Positions 40,698-60,328 of a DNA stretch of 64,000 bases are shown here, in pieces. Source of the stretch: the human T2T-CHM13v2.0 reference genome, Homo sapiens; NCBI RefSeq assembly GCF_009914755.1, contig NC_060929.1. One strand, 5' to 3'. The notes beneath the pieces were generated by a model, which did not search any database, was not told the DNA's origin, and saw nothing but the letters and a program-made list of their open reading frames with translations. The translations under genes and the position numbers were made by a program. Position 1 is the stretch's first letter. Every line of letters begins with the position of its first letter.

Positions 40698-41844
40698 CAG
40701 TTTTTAAACTAACTTACAAACTGGCACTAGGGAAAAGCTATAACCGTGAATGGAATGCTCAATAATATGCTTCCAGGCAAAGGGCTACATGACTAGTTCC
40801 AGATTTTAGTGCTATGATTCATAAATTCCAAAGGCCTCATGCTTCTCCATATCACAACATAGTTAGGTTTCACTGGTCCCTATGGAGAGGTAGAGAATTA
40901 ATTCCTTACAAACCTTAGGAATAAAGCCAACAGGTTGGACACTCAAAAAGAAATAAAGACAAGTTGGCATCTGAGCAGAACAGGTGAGAAAGAGCTAGAA
41001 GGAATCATCCCATCCACGGGCAAAAACGTCCTTTTTAGTGATTTTTCAGTAAAGTATTGCAAAACAGGACCTACATACAATGTGATTATTTACATTCTCA
41101 TCTAATATGAGATTTTAAAAGTCTGCTGCTTCCAACAGATTTTGAGATATCAATTATTTTGGTCAACTCCAAGGAAAAAATGAGGCAATAAAAAATAAAA
41201 AATTTCAATGCTTGCAAATGTTATTGTTTCTAAAGCTTATTTTCCCTAAAAGAGATTTAGATGAGATTTCTTTGAATTTTCTCTGGTTTAATGGAAAGGT
41301 CAAGTTAATGATACTATCTAAGTCTCACACTCTAGATAATTGTCAAAGAAAAACTAAAAAGCCTTTGACTGTGAGGAAAAAATTAAGGAAGATCATATAC
41401 ACATGAGTTGGCCTATGGCCCCAAAATCTAAACTGTGCATGGAGCCAGAGAAGACTGGTTCAAAGACAAGTGAGACAGTTGGATGCTGTAGTACGATGTG
41501 TTTTACTACTTAAATAATCAGTGATTGCAGCTGCAGAGGTTATCAAAAAACCCTGATTCTAGAGCATTTGAGTGTAAAGAAAGTAAATGAATAGAAGAGT
41601 CATTAAAATTCATGATATTCTTGACTTAACCCTGAAACCTAAGTAACTCAAGGACAATAGTGAAAAGAAGCTGGGACTAAGATCTAAAAGCCTTTACTAA
41701 GCACCATGTTAGCTTTAGCAAAACAAAGGTCAAGGAAAGGATTAATAACAGTGGTAGCCTCATGTTCTGGGTGTCTACTCTGTGCCAAGCACCATAAAAG
41801 CTTTTTATGTGCGTTAGCTCATTTGATTTAACCCTCTCAGCAAT

Positions 41845-41904
41845 ACTAGTAGTAGTAGTAGTAGTAATATTAGTAGTAGTAGTGGTAGCAGTAGTAGTAG
41901 TAGT
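41845..41904. repeat. (TAG)n microsatellite inside a MIR
   Basis: Direct reading; MIR sequence on both sides (41750-42010). Confidence 0.92.
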
Positions 41905-42389
41905 TAGGCTCAGAGACTAAGTAACTAAACTGCCAAGGTGAGAAAGCTTGTAAGGGATGAGCTAACATATGAACACAAGTCAGTCTGACTCCAACATATG
42001 TGATTTAATAATTCCTAAAAGGGAGTTTCAAAATTTCATTATTTTATTTATCAAAAAGTTTTTAAAGACCTTTGACAGTTTCAAAAATCCCAAATAAGAT
42101 TAAAATAGCCTCCTAACTGCACAAAACAAAAATGTAGCTAACTAAATAAGAATCAAAGTCTATCAGAGACAACAATGGAATCACATCGTGTAACAAACCT
42201 TGTTCAATTAGAACCTCTCACAGAGACAGACCTTTCACCCTATAGTCCATGCTACTGTTGGACAGTTCTAATTACTACTAAGTTCTCTATACTGAGTTGA
42301 AGTCCTCCTTCCTTTAACTTCCATGCATGGGTCCCCTCCTACCATCTGTATACATAGATATAGAGTGAATTTCCATCTCCATATATTAG

Positions 42390-42715
<326 letters not shown>

Positions 42716-42857
42716 TATCTTCTTTTAAGTGAAATAGCTGTTTCTTCAACCATTCCTCACATTAGAGTTTCCTGACTCTTCGACCTCCTGTTTATTTGCA
42801 TCTAAACTCATTTTTACCTTATGAATCTCTCTCTTCACATATAATATCTAATCTGAG

Positions 42858-42891
42858 TAGATCCTTCTAGAATCTAGATCCTTCTAGAATC
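42858..42891. repeat. 17-bp perfect tandem duplication
   Basis: tagatccttctagaatc x2. Confidence 0.97.
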
Positions 42892-43171
42892 TAGAATGTT
42901 AGGGAGTATAGCAGGACTGTTAGAGACCATTATCTCTTTTGCTTTGGATGTTATTATTGTAACCTGAAATCAATTAACTTCCTTTTTTTGTCTTCATATA
43001 ACACTGTTGACCTACTCATATTGAGCCCTCAGTCTTTTTTGTACACATGCTCATCCCTGGCATGTGAATTAGAGGTCTCAAATGTAAGACTTTGTATTTA
43101 CCTCAGTGGAGTTTTATCTTATGAAACTTGAATAAATCCTAAACTGTCAAGATTGACTTGTCCAATGGCTC

Positions 43172-44985
43172 CTAAGGAAAGAGTGAGTGAAGTAATTGTG
43201 AAGGAGCCCACTCTTGTCACGGACCTCTGGGATCTTAACAGCAGGAGCTCCTATGACCCCATTCCCATTCACAATAACCACAAGTAGAATAAAATAACTA
43301 GGAAAACAGCTAACCAGGGAGGTGAAAGATCTCTATAATGAGAATTACAAAACACTGCTGAAAGAAATGAGATGACACAAACAAATGGAAGAACATTCCA
43401 CGCTCAGGGATAGGAAGAATGAATATTGCTAAAATGGCCATAATGCCCAAAACAGTTTACAGATTCAATGTTATTCCTACAAAACTACCAACATCATTTT
43501 TCAAAGAATTAGAAAAATCTATGCTAAAATTCATGGAACCAAAAAAAGAGCCTGAATAGCAAAAGTATTGTAAGTAAAAAGAACAAAGCCAAAAGCATCA
43601 CACTGCCCAGCTATAAGGCTACAGTAACCACAAAAGCACAGTACTGGTACAAAAACAGATTTATACACCAATGTAACAGGATCAAGAACCCAGAAACAAA
43701 CCCACACACCTGCAACCATCTGGTCTTCAACAAAGTTGACCTAACAAGCAACGGGGAAAGTACTCTCTATTCAATATGAAACTGGACCCCTTACTTTCAC
43801 AATATACAAAAATTAACTCTAGATGGATTAAAGACTTACATGTGAAACTTAAAATTGAAAACATCCTAGGAGAAAACCTAGGAAATACTATTCTGGATAT
43901 TAGCCTTGGCACAGAATTTCTTCTCCAAGAGCAATTGCAACAAAAACAAAAATTAGCAAGCAGGACCTAATTAAACTAAAGAGTTTCTGCACAACAAAAT
44001 AAACTATCAATGGAATGAACAGACAGCCTACAGAATGGGAGAAAATATTTGCAAACTAAGCATCTGACAAAGGTCTAATACCCAGAATCTTTAAGAACTG
44101 ACATATTTCAACAAGAATAAACAACTTAATTTAAAAATGGGCAAAGTACATGAACAGATACTTCTCAAAACAAGAAATGCATGTGGTCAATAAATATATG
44201 AAAAAATGCTTAACATCACTAATCATTAGAGAAATGTAAATTAAAACCTTAATAAGATACCATCTCACACCAGTCAGAATGGCTATTATTAAAAAGTCCC
44301 CCCCCACAAAAAAAAAGTTGTTGGCAAGGTTATGGAGAAAAGGGAATGCTTACCTACTGTTGGTGCAAATGTACATTTGTTCAGTCATTGTGGAAAGCAG
44401 TTTGGATATTTCTCAAAGAACTTAAAACAGAATTATCATTCAACCCAGCAATCTCATTACTGAGTGTATACTCAAAGGAAAATAAATCATTCTACCAAAA
44501 AGACACACACACTCATATATGTTCATTGCAGTGTCATTCACAATAGCAAAGACATGAAATCCAATTAGATGCCCATCAATGGTGGACTGGATCATAAAAA
44601 TATGGCATATATACACCATGGAATACTACCCAACCATCAAACACAACAAAATAATGTCATTTGAGGCAACATGGATGCAGCTAGAGCCCATCAACCTAAG
44701 CGATTAACACAGAAACAGAAATCCAAATGCCACATATTCTTACTTATAAGTGAGAGCCAAACAGCGAGTGCACATGGACACAAAGATGGGAACAACAGCC
44801 ACTGAAAAATACTGGCGGGGGGAGTGCGGGAGGGAGGTAAGGATTAAAAAACTATGCAATTCTATGCTCACTACCTGGGTGACAGAAGCATTCATACACC
44901 AAATCCCAGCAAAACGCAATTTACCCGTGTAACAAACCTGCATGCGTACCCCCTGAACCTAAAACAAAAACTACAATAAATTATA
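43172..44985 (+). mobile_element. L1PA16/L1PB-like element (3' ORF2 and 3'UTR, with a short 5'UTR-like piece at 43172-43260)
   Basis: aaacagctaaccagggaggtgaaagatctc; tatgctcactacctgggtgac; aacaaacctgcatgcgtaccccctgaacctaaaa; degenerate ORF2 peptides in the ORF track. Confidence 0.9.
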
Positions 44986-45332
44986 AAATATCACTGAGAT
45001 AGGTTTTTATAATTTTTCCTTATTTGTAATGATTTATTAAAGTGAAAATGTATTTAATAAAAACAAACATACATTAAAAATGTAAAAAGATTGATTTGTG
45101 TTATTTTCTATTTTATTTTATTTTTTAAATTATACTTTAAGTTCTAGTGTACATGTGCACAACATGCAGGTTTGTTATATATGCATACATGGGCCATGTT
45201 GGTGTGCTGCACCCATTAACTCGTCATTTACATTAGGTATTTCTCCTACTGTTATCCCTTCCCCTTCCCCCCACCCTACAACAGGTCCCGGTGTGTGATG
45301 TTCCCCACCCTCTGTCCAAGTGTTCTCATTGT

Positions 45333-49150
<3,818 letters not shown>

Positions 49151-49213
49151 TAAGATGTTAGCACGTTATTTTGCTCGTTAGTTTGTGCAGTTTCTTCCTA
49201 GCATCAATGGTCT

Positions 49214-50237
49214 TTACAATTCGGCATGTTTTTGCAATGGCTGGTACCAGTTGTTTCTTTCCATGTTTAGTGCTTCCTTCAGAGCTCTTGTAAGGCAGGC
49301 CTGGTGGTGACAAAATCTCTCCGCATTTGCTTGTCTGTAAAGTATTTTATTTCTCCTTCACTTATGAAGCTTAGTTTGGCTAGATATGAGATCCTGGGTT
49401 GAAAATTCTTTTCCTTAAGAATGTCGAATATTGGCCCCCACTCTCTTCTGGCTTGTAGAGTTTCTGCTGAGAGATTCGCTGTTAGTCTGATGGGCTTCCT
49501 TTTGTGGGTAACTTGGCCTTTGTCTCTGGCTGCCCTTAACACTTTTTCCTTCATTTCAACCTTGGTCAATCTGATAATTATGTGTCTTGAGGCTGCTCTT
49601 CTTGAGGAGTATCTTTGTGGTGTTCTCTGTATTTCCTGAATTTGAATGTTGGCCTGCCTTGCGAGGTTGGGGAAGTTCTCCCGGATAATATCCTGAAGAG
49701 TGGTTTCCAACTTGATTCCATTCTCCCCATCACTTTCAGGTACACCAGTCAGATGTAGATTTGGTCTTTTCACATAGTCCCATAATTCTTGGAGGATTTG
49801 TTCATTTCTTTCTACTCCTTTTTCTCTAAACTTCTCCTCTCGCTTCATTTCATTCATTTGATCTTCAATCACTGATACCCTTTCTTCCACTTGATCAAAT
49901 CAGCTACTGAAGCTTGTGCAGGCGTCACGTAGTTCTCGTGCCATGGTTTTCAGCTCCATCAGGTCATTTAAGGTCTTCTCTATGCTGTTTATTCTAGTTA
50001 GCCATTCGTCTCATCTTTTTTCAAGGTTTTAACTTCTGTGGGATGGGTTCGAACATCCTCCTTTAGCTCGGAGAACTTTGTTATTACTGATCTTCTGAGG
50101 CCTACTTCTGTCAACGTGTCAAAGTCACTCTCTGTCCAGCTTTGTTCCATTGCTATCAAGGAGCTGCATTCCTTTGGAGGAGAAGAGGGGCTCTGATTTT
50201 TGAAATTTTCAGCTTTTCTGCTCTGGTTTCTCCCCAC
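49214..50237 (-). pseudogene. L1 ORF1 (RNA-binding protein), disrupted
   Basis: Start codon changed ATG>GTG (VGRNQSRK); frameshift near 50020; WDYVKRPNL, ARREWGPIF and PRISYLAKLSF motifs; premature stop at 49279. Confidence 0.94.
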
Positions 50238-50808
50238 CTTTGTGGTTTTATCTACCTTTGGTCTTTGATAATGGTGACCTAGAGATGGGGTTTTGGTGTG
50301 GATGTCCTTCAAGTTTGTTAATTTTCCTTCTAATAGTCAGGACCCTCAGCTGCAGGTCTGTTGGAGCTTGCTGGAGGTGCACTCCAGACCCTGTTTGCCT
50401 GGGTATCACCAGTGGAGGCAGCAAAACAGCAAATATTGCAGAACAGCAAATGTTGCTGCCTGATCCTCTGGAAGCTTCATCTCAGAGGGGCACCTGGCTG
50501 TATGAGGTGTCAGTTGGCCCCTACAGGGAGGTGTCTCCCAGTTAGGCTACTCGGGGGTCAGGGACACACTTGAGGTGGCAGTCTGTCCATTCTCTTATCT
50601 CAAACTCCATGCTGGGAGAACCACTACTCTCTTCAAAGCTGTCAGACAGGGATGTTTAAGTCTGCAGAAGTTTCTGCTGCCTTTTGTTCAGCTATGCCCT
50701 GCACCCAGAGGTGGAGTCTACAGAGGCAGGCAGGCCTCCTTGAGCTGTGGTGGGCTACACCCAGTTTGAGCTTCTCAGCCACTTTGTTTACCCACTCAAA
50801 CCTCAGCA

Positions 50809-50991
50809 ATGGCAGACGCCCCTCTCCTAGCCTTGCTGCCCCCTTGCAGTTTGACCTCTTACTGCTATGCTAGCAGTGAGCAAGGCTCCATGGGCATTGA
50901 ACCCTCTGAGCCAGGTGCGGGATATAATCTCCTGGTGTGCCATTTGCTAAGACCATTGGAAAATTGCAGTATGAGGGTGGGCGTGCCCTGA
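50809..50991 (+). CDS. L1 antisense ORF0 homologue, truncated to 60 aa (expression unknown)
   Basis: MADAPLLALLPPCSLTSYCYASSEQGSMGIEPSEPGAGYNLLV aligns to primate L1 ORF0 (MAGAPPPASLPPCSLISDCCASNQRDSVGVGPSEPG...); stop arises by CGA>TGA. Confidence 0.6.
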   Translation: MADAPLLALLPPCSLTSYCYASSEQGSMGIEPSEPGAGYNLLVCHLLRPLENCSMRVGVP

Positions 50992-51289
50992 TTTTCCAGG
51001 TACCATCTGCCATGGCTTCCCTTGGCTAGGAAAGGGAATTTGCTGACCCCTTGCACTTCCCAGGTGAGGTGATGCCCTGCCCTGCTTTGGCTCACATTCC
51101 ATGGGCTGCACCCACTGTCCAACAAGCCCCAGTGAGATGAACCCAGTACCTCAGTTGGAAATGCAGAAATCACCCGTCTTCTGCATTGCTCACGCTGGGA
51201 TCTGTAGACTGGAGCTCTTCCTATTTGGCTGTCTTTGTACCCTCCCCCATGATTTGTGTTATATTCAAGTTAGAGACTGATGCAGATAC

Positions 51290-51530
51290 AAGACCCTAGA
51301 GAGGTTTTTTTGTTTTGTTTTCCCTTCTGCCACTTTGACTGGTAATGTTCCAGATGGTGGCTGCTTTGTCAACCTTGGTCCCAGAGTAGGGACAATAGTG
51401 TAGTGCAACAAAATCCTCTGCTGGGTCACAGTGGACATGAGTGGGATCAAGGAACATGCCTTTGTTGTTTCAAGCCATTCAGATTTTGGTATGGCTTGTT
51501 ACTACAGCCTGACCTAGCATGGTTAATAGA
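51290..51530 (+). mobile_element. MLT1 (I/J-like) LTR 3' part
   Basis: gttccagatggtggctgctttgtcaaccttggtccc ... ctttgttgtttcaagccattcagatttt...ttgttactacagc. Confidence 0.75.
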
Positions 51531-51713
51531 AGCACTTAAGTTTGTACATAGCAGCTGACTCACCTGGTACCAGATGCTAGTTTCAGCAGTTCATCCCTCT
51601 TACATAATTTGAAAGCTGAAAGACAGAGCTCCTCCCTCACTCAATATTGTTAGGAAATAATTCAGAACTGTTGCTATTTCCTTATCTGTGAAATTTGCCA
51701 TTATTGCCACTAT

Positions 51714-51759
<46 letters not shown>
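51714..51759. repeat. (CA)n microsatellite, about 20 units
   Basis: Direct reading of the sequence. Confidence 0.98.
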
Positions 51760-51760
<1 letters not shown>

Positions 51761-53129
51761 ATTCTCGGTTATTTTTTCCCTTCAAAAACAGAATTCTGCC
51801 CAGGGGCTGGTTTTAAAGTCCAAGGTTTCTTCACTTCTTCCCTGGTACAGTGACTCCCAAGATAGATGCATGTAATTCTTGTCCAAAGGACTACATTACA
51901 GCATCATGCAGACATCCAGATACTCAGTTGAATCACATGTGTCATGTTCTTTTGTTCACAAAATGCCATCACCACACAAAAGAATCCTGTGTTGTTTTCT
52001 CTGGTGGGTGGTTAGGGTGGGAATACATTATTGAAAAAGGCAGGGAAATGTTCAAATAAAAATTACAGACGGAATTTCTGATATGTAGCAGAAGGAATTT
52101 GACCTTTAACCAAATGGCTAGGTCCAAGAAGATACTGGAATAGTAGTTTAATTTTAGAAACTCTATCAGGAACCACAAGACAAACTACCTCAGCTCATAC
52201 CAATCAATTATTTATCCAAGTAGTGATTGTAAGACACAGTATGTCACTTAATCGCCACTGACTCTTTTTTCATAATTTCATGTGTTTTCTCTCGTTTACC
52301 TAAGAAGGCTATAAATAACTAAAGGCAAAAATATCTTATATTTCAGTTAAACCAAATACATCTCCTGGCAACACTGAGACTACAGAGTGCTCAATCAATA
52401 ATATCTTTTTAACACATTTTAATGATACTTTTGACACCACCAATTAATTTAAAACATAATTTGCTAATAACAAAACCTAAATTAAGGATAAAGTTTACAT
52501 TTAGACAGCAAAAACTAATTTTAATAAGAAAGCCCTAAAGATGATTTTATTGTTTTCTTTGTAATTTTTTCATAGTAGCTGTAAATACCCTTGCTTTGTA
52601 TTTTTTATTAGCTATAATTCACTTTAAAATCCCTTTATGAAGTCATCCATGACTGTCATATATTTAATTGCATGGTTAATTTTCCATTATTAGGAAAAAT
52701 GAAAGTTGTGATATATTCAAAATGTTTACATATGTCCAGAGAATATTCAAGAATACATCCACTGAACCTTTTGATGTCATCAGAATTATAGTATGTGGCA
52801 TCTCTTACAGCTATAATAGTAGAATGAATACAACAGAGATGTTATTTTCTCTTTGTAGACCAAGTAACATCAGTGCTCCTATTTTCATTTTCTCAAATAT
52901 CTAGCTAGAACTCATTTCAAGAAATGTCAAAATATAAAAGCCAAAACTTATAAAACAAGTAATTAAAAGGTTATAATTTACTTGAGGAAAAAAGGAATAT
53001 TTCTTTGCATGGTGAGCCCCTCTAAAGAATTTTAAATAATTTGATATATTAAAAATCAAATTACTAAAGTAACAGAGGAGTCACTATCTAGGAATCAAAC
53101 TGGCTGTGTTCTTTCCTAGTTTACACCAA

Positions 53130-53705
<576 letters not shown>

Positions 53706-54529
53706 AAACTGCCCTTTTAATCTCTGGTGATGGCTCTATCCACAAAATTAAAGATTTTTTTTAATAATAATATAACAAATCTCAGACCTAGGATTGAACA
53801 CCCTTTCTACTTTGAGTCTGGATAAAACATAATCTTCACAGCCACCAAAGCTAAATATCTCTCTAAATCAGCCTTCTTCTTAACTTAGATCTATAGGATC
53901 CTGTCTCTCTCAGGGTTTTGGTCTCTGACTGTTTCAATGATTCCCTCTCCACTGATCTCATGTTCTCCCCTCCTTCCAACCGCAAGAGAGGTAAAATGCT
54001 TTCCTCATCCCCTCTGTTGTCCAGTCTCATGGGGAAGACAAAGTCATTGGGGTTGAGAATAGCCAATGAATAGGTCAAAGGCAAAGACTGAGACCTGGAG
54101 AACAGGAAAGCCTCACCAGACAGCATCAGTGATAACTGGTGGGGTTGGAGAGAGGGAGTGCAGACATAAAAGGACTCTTCCTGCTGAGAAAAATACTTAA
54201 TATTAGGTATTTAAATGTAAGAACTGTCTTGCTATAATAAACGTCAGTTGGCCCCAACTTTACATTTTAGGAGTAAACTTCCCACACTATTTTTATTTTA
54301 AAAAGACAAATGGAAATAAGCCTTGAAATAAAGATGCATAAGTTAACTAAAATGTCAAATTTCTTTGCTTTATGCTGAACTGATGAGAAATCAGCATGTT
54401 AATTTTAGTTATCTCATGATTAAGAGTTATAGACATCTCATTTAATACATAAGAAAGTGACTTCTTTATGATAAATGCAGTCTGAATTGTTTTTCTGTCT
54501 AAATTTTGAGTTTTTAGAAAACTCTTTTA

Positions 54530-55160
54530 AAAAGTTAGGAAAGAGAAACTGTAATTAATTAAAAGAGATTTATGAGATATAGCAACCAAATAAAATGTGT
54601 AGGCTTTGTTTGAATCCAGATTCAAACAAACTGTTAAAAAATATTTTTGAGGGGCCAGGACCAGTGGCTCATGCCTGCAGTCTCAGCTGCTTGGGAGGCC
54701 AAGACAAGAGGATTGCTTGAGCCTAGCAGTTTGAGGTTACAGTGAGCTGTGATCATGCCACCATATTCCAGCCTGGGCAACAGAGTGAGGCCCCATCTCT
54801 AAAAATATATATACATATTTTTGAGGCAATAAGAGAAATTTCAATATTAATTGCGTGTTAAATGATAAAAAGGAATTATCACTAATTTTGTTAAAAATGA
54901 TGATGGCCTTGCAGTTATAAGAAAAAAAATCCTTATCAATTGGACATACATACTGAACTATTAACATATAAAATTGCGGGATGTCTGGGGATTTGCTTTT
55001 AAAATACTCTGGGCAAAATAAAAGGAGAGCAGAGAATTTAAAAGAAACAAGATTGACAAAAAGTTGATAACTGTTGAAGTTGGGCAATAGATACATGGAG
55101 ACAATTACACTTTTTTAATGATTTTTATGTATAAGATTTCCATAATAAAAAAATTAGCTT
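54530..55160 (+). mobile_element. L1MC/ME 3' end
   Basis: ttgaatccagattcaaacaaactg, gatgtctggggatttgcttt, gttgataactgttgaagttggg. Confidence 0.8.
54653..54812 (+). mobile_element. Alu monomer (FAM/FRAM-like)
   Basis: Single-arm Alu; TSD atatttttgagg on both sides. Confidence 0.88.
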
Positions 55161-55565
55161 TAAAAATATGTTTGCAACAACGGCATTCACAGGGAAAATA
55201 ATACAAGGAAAAATGTTAGAAACTGCTCTTCATCATTTGGCACAGGGAATGTGTAAATCGAGAGATTAAAGGAGAAAGAGATCAATGACATAGAATGGTG
55301 AAAGAAGATTTCAACAAGGAGGAGCAAATGGAATTAGAACTTAAGGAATCATAATGGGAAACAATTTAAAATCAGATAAATAGATTTTGATTAGGAGAGA
55401 GATTTTCTTTAATGAAAGACAGGAATAATGACCCAAACCCCAGATCATGGTATAAGAGATCTAAATTAAGTTTATGGGAAAAATAATAATAAAGAAGTCA
55501 ATAATAATAACACAACTGGCAGCAACTGAGTGCTTATCACGTGCCAGGCACTATGCAAAACACTT

Positions 55566-58137
<2,572 letters not shown>

Positions 58138-59094
58138 CACTTCATACACATTTCTCATTTAAGCCTCACAACAATCCTATGAAGAATGGGCTATTACTAG
58201 CTCCCAATCCACCTCTTTCATATTTGAAGAAACTGAGCTCAGAGAGATAAAAATAACTTACTGAAAGTCACATGTTAAGAAAAGTCAAAGCTAGACTTAA
58301 ATCCAGGTCTGTTTGAATCCAAACCCCGAGTCCTTAAACATCTCATTATTCTGTTCCTTGTGACATGGCACATTTTTCTACATACAAGGAAAGCATAAGG
58401 GACATTTGGGGCTATAGTTCCTAGCATTTGTGATTCCCTATTGTTGCCTGAAGTGTTTGAGGAACAATATAATAAAGAACTATGGAGAATCCCTCAGGGA
58501 AAGGTTTACAAATAATACAAGTACATGACACAAGAGAGAAAGTGAAGTACCTAGTCTCACATTTCAGCAAAGAAGCAGGAAAGAGAAAAGAGAATTCCAC
58601 ATTTGTCTCACACCCAGAGGTGATGAAATACCATAAAAAGGACTAGCTAAAGAAAAACTGAGAAGTATGTATGCCATGGTCACATTCCCCTGCTCTTGGA
58701 ATCCATTTCTACCCTAAAGACAATCCACCTAAGTGTTCCAACTGTAGAGTCCAAGATTGTTCTACGCTCTCCTCCATGAAACATTTTTCTCAGGCAACAA
58801 ATTCATATCTATTTACTTATTCTATGAGTGTGGAATAGAATGGTTGTCTAGCTTCTCCCAGGTATTTACATTTTATGCCTTAACACATTCCTACTCCGCA
58901 CTTCTCCCCCAGTAGCAATCAAAACAATCCCCAACCCTCCTTGATCACGAATAAAGGGCGTGTGAACTGGAGAGCCAAGGAGTTCTTGCCTGAGCCTTGA
59001 AACGTGCATAATCCGACTAGTAAATTCCTCATGTAATGGTGTTAAGGACTTGGGACATTATCTCTCATAGTCTTGAATAAAAATTACCATGTGG

Positions 59095-59205
59095 AAGTTG
59101 GAGGAACTGGGCTTTTATTTTCCCACTTTTTGCTGCTAATCTGCTGTACTATCTTTGGCAAGTCGCTTAGCCTCTCTGGGCTTCAGATTCCTTATTTGTA
59201 ATGGG
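59095..59205 (+). mobile_element. MIR fragment
   Basis: ctttggcaagtcgcttagcctctctgggcttcagattccttatttgtaatggg (MIR core). Confidence 0.75.
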
Positions 59206-59976
59206 CCAGGGCCATAATTAAGAATTGGTGTTATAGCTTATTTCTAGCTGCAGAATCCTTTCATCAAATGATCATCTTTCAGGAGAACCTACAGTGTATA
59301 ACAGACAAAAAGTGAAACTACTAAGGGAGGAGGGGTGAGGGGACCCCTTCCCATGCTCCTTTATCACGTTAAGGTGCTTCACAGCTTAAACATCCCATGA
59401 TTATTAGTTAACTCCCTGCAGTCTGAGAAGGAGGCAGGGTCCCAAGTGGGCCACTGCACCAGAGGACTCCCTGGCCCCCAGATGGCTGCCTTCTTTTATC
59501 AATGAGCCTCTTCCTAAAGCAAATAAGCAAAGAGAAATCCCACAGAAACCAAGTCTGACGTGAGGACTCAGGGAGCCGATGGAATACTCAACTCCATCCA
59601 GGCAAACTAAAACACACTCCAAGGAAGAGATAAGGTTTACGAAAAGGAAACTAACACAATCACTTAAAAGAATTTCAACACTAAACCACTTGAGCCAGGC
59701 CACCGGGAGGCTGCAAAACATCAAGGTCAGCCCTGAAAGAAAAGATTTCACAGGGACCCATGACTTGATTTTCCTCTTTTGTTTCTCATTGCCCTGGGGT
59801 CAACCTCTTTGAGGTCACTAAGTGCAGGAAGTGTCAGTGGCAGAGTACATAGGAATTTCTCCTGGCTCTGAGTCTTGCAGGACCTCAGCACACTGGAAAG
59901 ACAGTTACAGGAGGAATGACTATAAATGAATAAATCTGGAATTCTGAATATACCAGACAAAAGCAGCTAACTCAAG

Positions 59977-60181
59977 AGGGTCACCAGATGAAAAACAAAA
60001 CAACTTATTTTTGAATTTCAGAAAAACAACAAGTTTCAGCTATATTTGAATTTCAGATAAACGACAAATGTTTTTAGCATATGTCCCAAATATGATGTAC
60101 TTTTAAAAAATCATTTATTTGTCTGAAATTCAAATTTAATTGAGCATCCCATATTTTAATTTACTAAACTTGGCAACTTTA
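59977..60181. mobile_element. MER53 palindromic hAT MITE
   Basis: agggtcaccagat ... aaacttggcaacttta termini; internal tttgaatttcagataaa / tttgtctgaaattcaaat inverted pair; tatgtcccaaatat centre. Confidence 0.85.
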
Positions 60182-60187
60182 TCCTCA

Positions 60188-60328
60188 TTTTTTTTTAAGA
60201 GACAGGGTCTCGCCCTGTCACCCAGGCTGGAGCGCAGTGGTGAAATCATAGCTCACTGAACCTCAAACTCCTGGCCTCAAACCTCCCAGATTGCTGGGAT
60301 TAGAGGCGTAAGCCACAGTTCCTGGCCC
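60188..60328 (-). mobile_element. Alu monomer (FAM/FRAM or internally deleted AluJ)
   Basis: gagacagggtctcgccctgtcacccaggctgg ... gctgggattagaggcgtaagccacagttcctggcc. Confidence 0.85.

Noticed and set aside
59404-59751. 115-aa minus-strand ORF in unique DNA
   Set aside because: No recognisable domain or coding bias; the length is compatible with chance.
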